Below, in pieces: positions 36,349 through 42,923 of a DNA stretch of 42,923 nt. Position 1 is the stretch's first letter, and each line of letters begins with the position of its first letter. The translations under genes and the position numbers were made by a program. The notes under the pieces are model-generated. The model was not told the origin of the DNA. It made no database searches and was given only the letters and a program-made list of their open reading frames with translations. The stretch is taken from contig NW_021835328.1 of assembly GCF_006345805.1 (NCBI RefSeq), positions 1 to 42,923 on the forward strand, read 5' to 3'. Source of the stretch: Octopus sinensis. Taxonomy: Eukaryota.

Positions 36349-36770
36349 TACTCTTTTACTCTTTTTACTGTTTTACTTGTTTCAGTCATTTGACTGCGGC
36401 CATGCTGGAGCACCGCCTTTTAGTCGAGCAAATCGACCTCGGGACTTATTCTTTGTAAGCCCAGTACTTGTTCTATCGGTCTCTTTTGCCGAACCGCTAA
36501 GTGACGGGGACGTAAACACACCAGCACCGGTCGTCAAGCAATGCTAGGCGGACAAACACAGACACACAAACACACACACATACACACATATATATATATA
36601 TATACATATATACGACAGGCTTCTTTCAGTTTCCGTCTACCAAATCCACCCACAAGGCATTGGTCGGCCCGGGGCTACAGCAGAAGAGACTTGCCCAAGA
36701 TGCCACGCAGTGGGACTGAACCCGGAACCATGTGGTTGGTAAGCAAGCTACTTACCACACAGCCATTCCT
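36349..36770 (-). mobile_element. tRNA-derived SINE family A, full length
   Basis: Reverse complement of 41437-41845 at high similarity. Confidence 0.92.
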
Positions 36771-37170
36771 ATTTTTTTAATTCTTTATTGTCCATAGGTT
36801 CAAATCCAGTACACATCAGATTTTAATTTTCTTCCTTTTCGGGCTAATAACAACAACAACAACAACAAAAAGTACAAACACTAAATCGGCGAATTCGTAA
36901 AGTTGTTAATGGCGTCAGTGGCAGTAATGGCTGGCCCTTTGCGACATCTTAATCCTGTCCTTTCCGTTTTGGAAGCAACGTTCGGATCAACATGGAGGCT
37001 ATGATGCCTGCTTTCGGCGCTGGCGTCCTCTCACTTGAAGAATCATCGGAAAAGGTTGAGAGAAGAGAAAAGGAGAGGAGAGACTGATATTCCTGTGCAA
37101 ATGCTAATTTCATTCATAAAAGCTTACTCTCTTCCAGCGCAGCGTTAAAGTGACGATATACGGTCGCCCA

Positions 37171-38142
37171 AGAGGCGGCAAGCTGGCAGGATCGTTAGCA
37201 CGCCGGGCGAAATGCGTCGCCGTATTTCGTCTGCCGTTACGTTCTGAGTTCAAATTCCGCCGAGGTCGACTTTACCTTTCATCCTTTCGGAGGTCGATAA
37301 ATTAAGTACCAGTTACGCACTGGCGACGATATAATCGACTTAATCCGTCTGTCTGTCCTTGTTTGTCCCCTCTGTCTTTAGCCCCTTGTGGGTAGTAAAG
37401 AAACAGGTATTTCGTCTGCCGTTACGTTCTGAGTTCAAATTCCGCCGAGGTCGACTTTGCCTTTCATCCTTTCGGGGTCGATAAATTAAGTACCAGGTAC
37501 GCACTGGGGACGATATAATCGACTTAATCCGTCTGTCTGTCCTTGTTTGTCCCCTCTGTCTTTAGCCCCTTGTGGGTAGTAAAGAAACAGGTATTTCGTC
37601 TGCCGTTACGTTCTGAGTTCAAATTCCGCCGAGGTCGACTTTGCCTTTCATCCTTTCGGGGTCGATAAATTAAGTACCAGTTACGCACTGGGGACGATAT
37701 AATCGACTTAATCCGTCTGTCTGTCCTTGTTTGTCCCCTCTGTGTTTAGCCCCTTGTGGGTAGTAAAGAAACAGGTATTTCGTCTGCCGTTACGTTCTGA
37801 GTTCAAATTCCGCCGAGGTCGACTTTCCCTTTCATCCTTTCGGAGGTCGATAAATTAAGTACCAGTTACGCACTGGGGACGATATAATCGACTTAATCCG
37901 TCTGTCTGTCCTTGTTTGTCCCCTCTGTGTTTAGCCCCTTGTGGGTAGTAAAGAAACAGGTATTTCGTCTGCCGTTACGTTCTGAGTTCAAATTCCGCCG
38001 AGGTCGACTTTCCATTTCATCCTTTCGGGGTCGATAAATTAAGTACCAGTTACGCACTGGGGACGATATAGTCGACTTAATCCGTTTGTCTGTCCTTGTT
38101 TGTCCTCTCTATGTTTATCCCCTTGTGGGTAGTTAATAAATA
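37171..38142 (+). mobile_element. SINE family B with body amplified into 5 x 184-185 bp tandem units, flanked by a 16-bp TSD
   Basis: The head GGCGGCAAGCTGGCAGGATCGTTAGC occurs once, units starting GTATTTCGTCTGCC lie at 37222, 37407, 37591, 37775 and 37960, and GATATACGGTCGCCCA lies at 37155-37170 and 38143-38158. Confidence 0.92.
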
Positions 38143-38171
38143 GATATACGGTCGCCCATATCTGACGGAGT

Positions 38172-38408
38172 GGAAGCGCAATGGCCCAATGGTTAGGGCA
38201 GTGGACTCGCGGACGAAGGATCGCGGTTTCGATTCCCAGACCGGGCGTTGTGTGTGTTTATTGAGCGAAAACACCCAAATTCTCCACAAAGCTCCGGCAG
38301 GGGGTGGTGGCGACCCCTGTTGTATTCTTTCGCCCCAACTTTCTCTCACTCCTTCTTCCTTTTTCTTGAGTAACGCTGCGATGGATTGGCGTTCTGTCCA
38401 GCTGGGGG
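38172..38408 (+). mobile_element. tRNA-derived SINE family C (second copy 39799-40035)
   Basis: A box TGGCCCAATGG, anticodon-arm-like GACTCGCGG and B box GGTTTCGATTCC, ending in V-domain-like CTGCGATGGATTGGCGTTCTGTCCAG. Confidence 0.85.
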
Positions 38409-38449
38409 GGGGGGGGGCACGTGCGCCAAAAAAAAAAATATATGTATGT

Positions 38450-38777
38450 AATAATTTACAAGATAAGGGCAAAAGAAAAAATTCTAATGCCAAATATGCC
38501 GGAAAAAAGACAAAAATTGTCAATAACCATTATAATTTATGCGTCTCAAAACAAACCGATTGAAATCTCTAAAAAATTCGTTATTACCTTATTGGTCCAA
38601 TTTCGGGGTTAATTCACAAGAAATTTCCCCTCTTCAGCGGTAAAAACGAATTTTTTAGAGATTTCTATCGGATTGTTTCGAGACGCATAAATTATAATGG
38701 TTACTGACAATTTTCGTCTTTTTTTCGGCATATGTGGGATTAGAATTTTTTCTTTTGCCCATATCTTGTAAATTATT
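38450..38777. mobile_element. Foldback/MITE-like inverted repeat, ~139-bp arms with a 50-bp spacer (second copy ~40081-40411)
   Basis: 38450-38588 is the imperfect reverse complement of 38639-38777. Confidence 0.85.
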
Positions 38778-39001
38778 TATAAATTTAACCTTTAAAGGTA
38801 TTTTTTGAAATGCTGGCCATTGATAAAAAAATTTTCCGAAAAAAATTTTTTATCCTTCATTAGTTATATATGTATGTATGTATGTATATATAATATGTGC
38901 GTATATATACATATGTATATGTACAAGTATACATACTTACACACACAAACGGATATATACACACATACAGACATATATATGAATGTATACATATGTGTGC
39001 A

Positions 39002-39212
39002 TCATGATTGTAAGGTTGTGGTTTCGATTCCTGGACCGGGCGACGCGTTGTGTTCTTGAGCAAAACACTTCATTTCACATTGGTCCAGTCCACTCGGCTG
39101 GCAAAAATGAGTAACGCTGCGATGGACTGGCGTCCCGTCCAGCTGGGGAACACATACGCTATAGAAACCGGGAAACCGGGCCCATGAGCCTTAAAGGCTT
39201 TAAAAGGGTGCA
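39002..39212 (+). mobile_element. SINE family D fragment with V-domain-like segment (second copy ~40637-40845)
   Basis: B box GGTTTCGATTCC, TGTGTTCTTGAGCAAAACACTT, and CTGCGATGGACTGGCGTCCCGTCCAG, which resembles the V-SINE central domain. Confidence 0.75.
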
Positions 39213-39328
39213 TCTATCTATCTATATGCATATGTGCACGCGTGTACGTGCGTTGTGTTTTGCAAAAGACAGAGGGATAGATAGATAGGTGTATTTATGC
39301 ATGTATATATGTATATATATATATAAAT

Positions 39329-39514
39329 GGAAAGTTTACGAAAATAAACAAAAGACAAAGGCAGGTGAAGTACAAACAAACAAATGTATTAGCATAGCGC
39401 TCAGGAATAATAATAGAAAATGTCTTTTACGTTTCGAGCCTACGCTCTTCGACAGAAAGATACACAGAAAAAAAGGAGAGAAAATAATGCGTGTAGGAGC
39501 TAACGATCTATCAT
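39329..39514 (-). mobile_element. Family E hammerhead-like repeat (second copy 40961-41144)
   Basis: Homologous to 16921-17127. The motif at 39423-39460 on the minus strand reads TCTTT-CTGTCGA-A-GAGC-GTAG-GCTC-GAAA-CG-TA-AAAGA. Confidence 0.75.
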
Positions 39515-39543
39515 ACACATATATATATTCATATATACATATA

Positions 39544-39768
39544 CGAGCTGGCGGAAACGTTAGCGCGCCGGGCGAAATGCTTTGCGGTTTTTCGTCTGTC
39601 GTTACGTTCTGGGTTCAAATTCCGCCGAGGTCGACTTTACCTTTCATCCTTTCGGGGTCGATAAATTAGTACCGTTTCGCACTGGGGACGATATAGTCGA
39701 CTTAATATCCGTCTGTCTGTCCTTGTTTGTCCTCTCTATTTTATCCCCTTGTGGGTAGTTAATAAATA
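39544..39768 (+). mobile_element. SINE family B, chimeric copy at the duplication junction
   Basis: The head matches 41170-41270, while the tail and 3' flank match 38060-38158. Confidence 0.85.
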
Positions 39769-41169
39769 GATATACGGTCGCCCATATCTGAACGGAGTGG
39801 AAGCGCAATGGCCCAATGGTTAGGGCAGTGGACTCGCGGACGAAGGATCGCGGTTTCGATTCCCAGACCGGGCGTTGTGTTTGTTTATTGAGCGAAAACA
39901 CCCAAATTCTCCACAAAGCTCCGGCAGGGGGTGGTGGCGACCCCTGTTTTATTCTTTCGCCCCAACTTTCTTCTCTCTCACTCCTCTTCCTTTTTCTTGA
40001 GTAACGCTGCGATGGATTGGCGTTCTGTCCAGCTGGGGGGGGGGGGCAACGTGCGCCAAAAAAAAAAATATAATGTATGTAATAATTTACAAGATAAGGG
40101 CAAAAGAAAAAATTCTAATGCCAAATAATGCCGGAAAAAAGACAAAAATTGTCAATAACCATTATAATTTATGCGTCTCCAACCAAACAACCGATTGAAA
40201 TCTCTAAAAAATTCGTTATTACCTTATTGGTCCCAATTTCGGGTTATTCACAAGAAATTTCCCCTCTTCAGCGGTAAAAACGAATTTTTTAGAGATTTCT
40301 ATCGGATTGTTTCGAGACGCATAAATTATAATGGTTACTGACAATTTTCGTCTTTTTTTCGGCATATGTGGGATTAGAATTTTTTCTTTTGCCCATATCT
40401 TGTAAATTATTTATAAATTTAACCTTTAAAGGTATTTTTTGAAATGCTGGCCATTGATAAAAAAATTTTTCCGAAAAAAATTTTTTATCCTTCATTAGTT
40501 ATATATGTATGTATGTATGTATATATATATATATGTGCGTATATATACATATGTATATGTACAAGTATACATACTTACACACACAAACGGATATATACAC
40601 ACATACAGACATATATATGAATGTATACATATGTGTGCATCATGATTGTAAGGTTGTGGTTCGATTCCTGGACCGGGCGACGCGTTGTGTTCTGGAGCAC
40701 AACACTTCATTTCACATTGGTCCAGTCCACTCGGCTGGCAAAATGAGTAACGCTGCGATGGACTGGCGTCCCGTCCAGCTGGGGAACACATACGCTATAG
40801 AAACCGGGAAACCGGCCCATGAGCCTTAAAGGCTTTAAAAGGGTGCATCTATCTATCTATATGCATTGCACGCGTGTACGGCGTGCGTTGTGTTTTGCAA
40901 AAGACAGAGGGATAGATGATAGGTTTATTTATGCATGTCTATATGTATATATATATATAATGGAAAGTTTACGAAAATAAACAAAAGACAAAGGCAGGTG
41001 AGTACACAACAAACAAATGTATTAGCATAGCGCTCAGGAATAATAATAGAAAATGTCTTTTACGTTCGAGCCTACGCTCTTCGACAGAAGATACACAGAA
41101 AAAAAGGAGAGAAAATATGCGTGTAGGAGCTAACGATCTATCATACACATATATATATTCATATCATAT

Positions 41170-41392
41170 ACGAGCTGGCGAAAACGTTAGCGCGCCGGGC
41201 GAATGCTTTGCGGTTTTTCGTCTGTCGTTACGTTCTGGGTTCAAATTCCGCCGAGGTCGACTTTACCTTTCATCCCTTCGGGTTCGAAAAATAAAGTACC
41301 ATTTCGCACTGGGGTCGATGTAATCGACTTACTCCCTTGTCTGTCCTTGTTTGTCCCCTCTATGTTTAGCCCCTTGTGGGTAGTAAAGAAAT
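41170..41392 (+). mobile_element. SINE family B monomer
   Basis: CGAGCTGGCG..GTTAGC..GGGTTCAAATTCC (B box)..GGTCGACTTTACCTTTCATCC.. and a tail ending GGGTAGTAAAGAAA. Confidence 0.88.
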
Positions 41393-41436
41393 ATATACAT
41401 ATATATAAGTATATATATATATATATGTATATATAA

Positions 41437-41845
41437 GGCGCAGGAGTGGCTGTGTGGTAAGTAGCTTGCTAACCAACCACATGGTTCCGGGTTCAGTCCC
41501 ACTGCGTGGCATCTTGGGCAAGTGTCTTCTGCTATAGCCTCGGACCGACCAATGCCTTGTGAGTAGATTTGGTAGACGGAAACTGAAAGAAGCCTGTCGT
41601 ATATATGTATATATATATATATGTATGTGTGTGTATGTGTTTGTGTGTTTGTCCCCCTAGCATTGCTTGACAACCGATGCTAGTGTGTTTACGTCCCTGC
41701 TACTTAGCGGTTCGGCAAAAGACACCGATAGAAGAAGTACTGGGCTTACAAAGAATAAGTCCCGGGGTCGATTTGCTCGACTAAAGGCGGTGCTCCAGCA
41801 TGGCCGCAGTCAAATGACTGAAACAAGTAAAAGAGTAAAAGAGTA
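41437..41845 (+). mobile_element. tRNA-derived SINE family A, full length
   Basis: GGCGCAGGAGTGGCTGTGTGGTAAG (A box), GGTTCAGTCCC (B box), an internal (TA)(TG) tract and a (GTAAAAGA)n tail. Confidence 0.92.
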
Positions 41846-42000
41846 TATATATATATATTTCGTTTCATCTCCTCCAAGTAAGTTTTGTTATTTATAATTG
41901 TGACGCGAAACTCTACAACTCTTTGCTTGACATTCTCTTCCTTCCCTATCTCCCTCTCTCTCTCACTCCTCCTCGTCTCTCTCTCTCACAGCCGCTTGTC

Positions 42001-42037
<37 letters not shown>

Positions 42038-42627
42038 TCCTCATCTCTTTCACAGCCGGGCGAGTTGCTTCCTTTCGCCGCTGGCATTCTAACAGTGAAC
42101 ACTGTTCTTTTAGCGTTCTTAGAATCTTTCCTCGTGTAGGCCAGCATTAAGGCCCTCATTGTGTGTTTTTTTTGTTTGTTTTATTTCTTGTACTGTATTT
42201 TTCATACTTGTAATTTTATTCTGTATTTTTATTTTTTGTATTTTTATTTTGTATTCTATTTTGTATCGTTTTTTTTGTCACATGTTTAACTTTCCTTGGT
42301 TTTACCCCTCTGCGAAGTAATTTTATTTCATTCCTTCGCAGGAAGGAATTGTTCCACGAGTCGTCTTCTGTCCAACCTTCGAAACACGCTGGAGTTGAAC
42401 TAGGGACAGCTGATGAAGGGGATTTTTCCTTCTGTAGTTTGTCTTGTACTCTGTTTTTTTCGTTTAGGTCTGTTTCCACGTTTGTTTTTACGTTTTCGTT
42501 TCTCGTCGAGTTCTATCTATTCGTGGTGTCCTGTACTCACGTATATATATTTATATATGCATGTATATACATGTAGATGTAGGCACGTACATATATGTAT
42601 GTATGCATGCATATATTTTATTTATTA

Positions 42628-42679
<52 letters not shown>

Positions 42680-42923
42680 TATATATATACGTATATATGA
42701 ATATATATGTGTATATACATATATATAAATATATATACACATACGCACACCTATATATATATTATTTATATATATATACATAAACATGATGGTAATGAAA
42801 ATACGATACCGGAGAATACAGTTAGTATGGGTTTTGGGGGCTTTTGGGCGTAGGGGTGGAATTAAATACACCGACAGACTAAAAGAAAAAAATTGTGGGG
42901 GGGAGAAAGGAAGAAAGCAAGGG

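Larger units (their letters stand above)
38143..41392. repeat. 1626-bp tandem segmental duplication (38143-39768 / 39769-41392)
   Basis: Both copies have the same order of SINE C, foldback, SINE D, family E and SINE B. Differences are mostly 1-bp indels. Confidence 0.95.

Noticed and set aside
37222-38142. Regularly spaced repeats resembling a CRISPR array
   Set aside because: The units are contiguous 184-bp near-identical copies with no unique spacers, there are no cas genes, and the context is a eukaryotic SINE.
38172-38245. tRNA-like sequences (also 41437-41510, 31510-31580, 28352-28420)
   Set aside because: A and B boxes are present but the acceptor stems do not pair, and each continues into a repeated SINE body. 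They are SINE heads, not tRNA genes.
42376-42425. CCTTC-GAAA...CTGATGA-AGG, a possible permuted (type II) hammerhead
   Set aside because: I could not form stems I and III or place a UH cleavage site between GAAA (42381) and CTGATGA (42410). It may be a decayed PLE end but is unsupported as is.

Overview
This is eukaryotic, repeat-saturated non-coding DNA. The SINE, Helitron and microsatellite make-up looks like a coleoid cephalopod (Octopus) genome, but that is my recognition and not a database result. I see no host protein-coding exon, rRNA, true tRNA or CRISPR array, and nearly all ORFs in the track are translations of simple repeats. Supported content: (1) a 5'-truncated R4/Dong-type non-LTR retrotransposon (RT + CCHC + restriction-like endonuclease, minus strand, ~2780-5826) sitting in (TAA)n; (2) further elements embedded in microsatellites: a ~550-bp non-coding element twice in (TAA)n, and an RLE-LINE 3' end plus an RTE-like C2H2 3' end in (TATG)n; (3) Penelope-like remnants (GIY-YIG, Cys-rich linker) and at least three different non-coding families with minimal hammerhead-ribozyme motifs, one of which (17841-18698) has the architecture expected from a circular or multimeric RNA template (retrozyme/pseudo-LTR-like); (4) about four tRNA-derived SINE families, one expanded into a 5 x 184-bp array inside a 16-bp TSD; (5) non-autonomous Helitron/Helentron elements, a mariner remnant with an internal inversion, and a foldback element; (6) a 1.63-kb tandem duplication with a chimeric SINE at its junction. 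Frequent single-base indels suggest noisy long-read consensus, so frameshifts and small core deletions should be read with caution.
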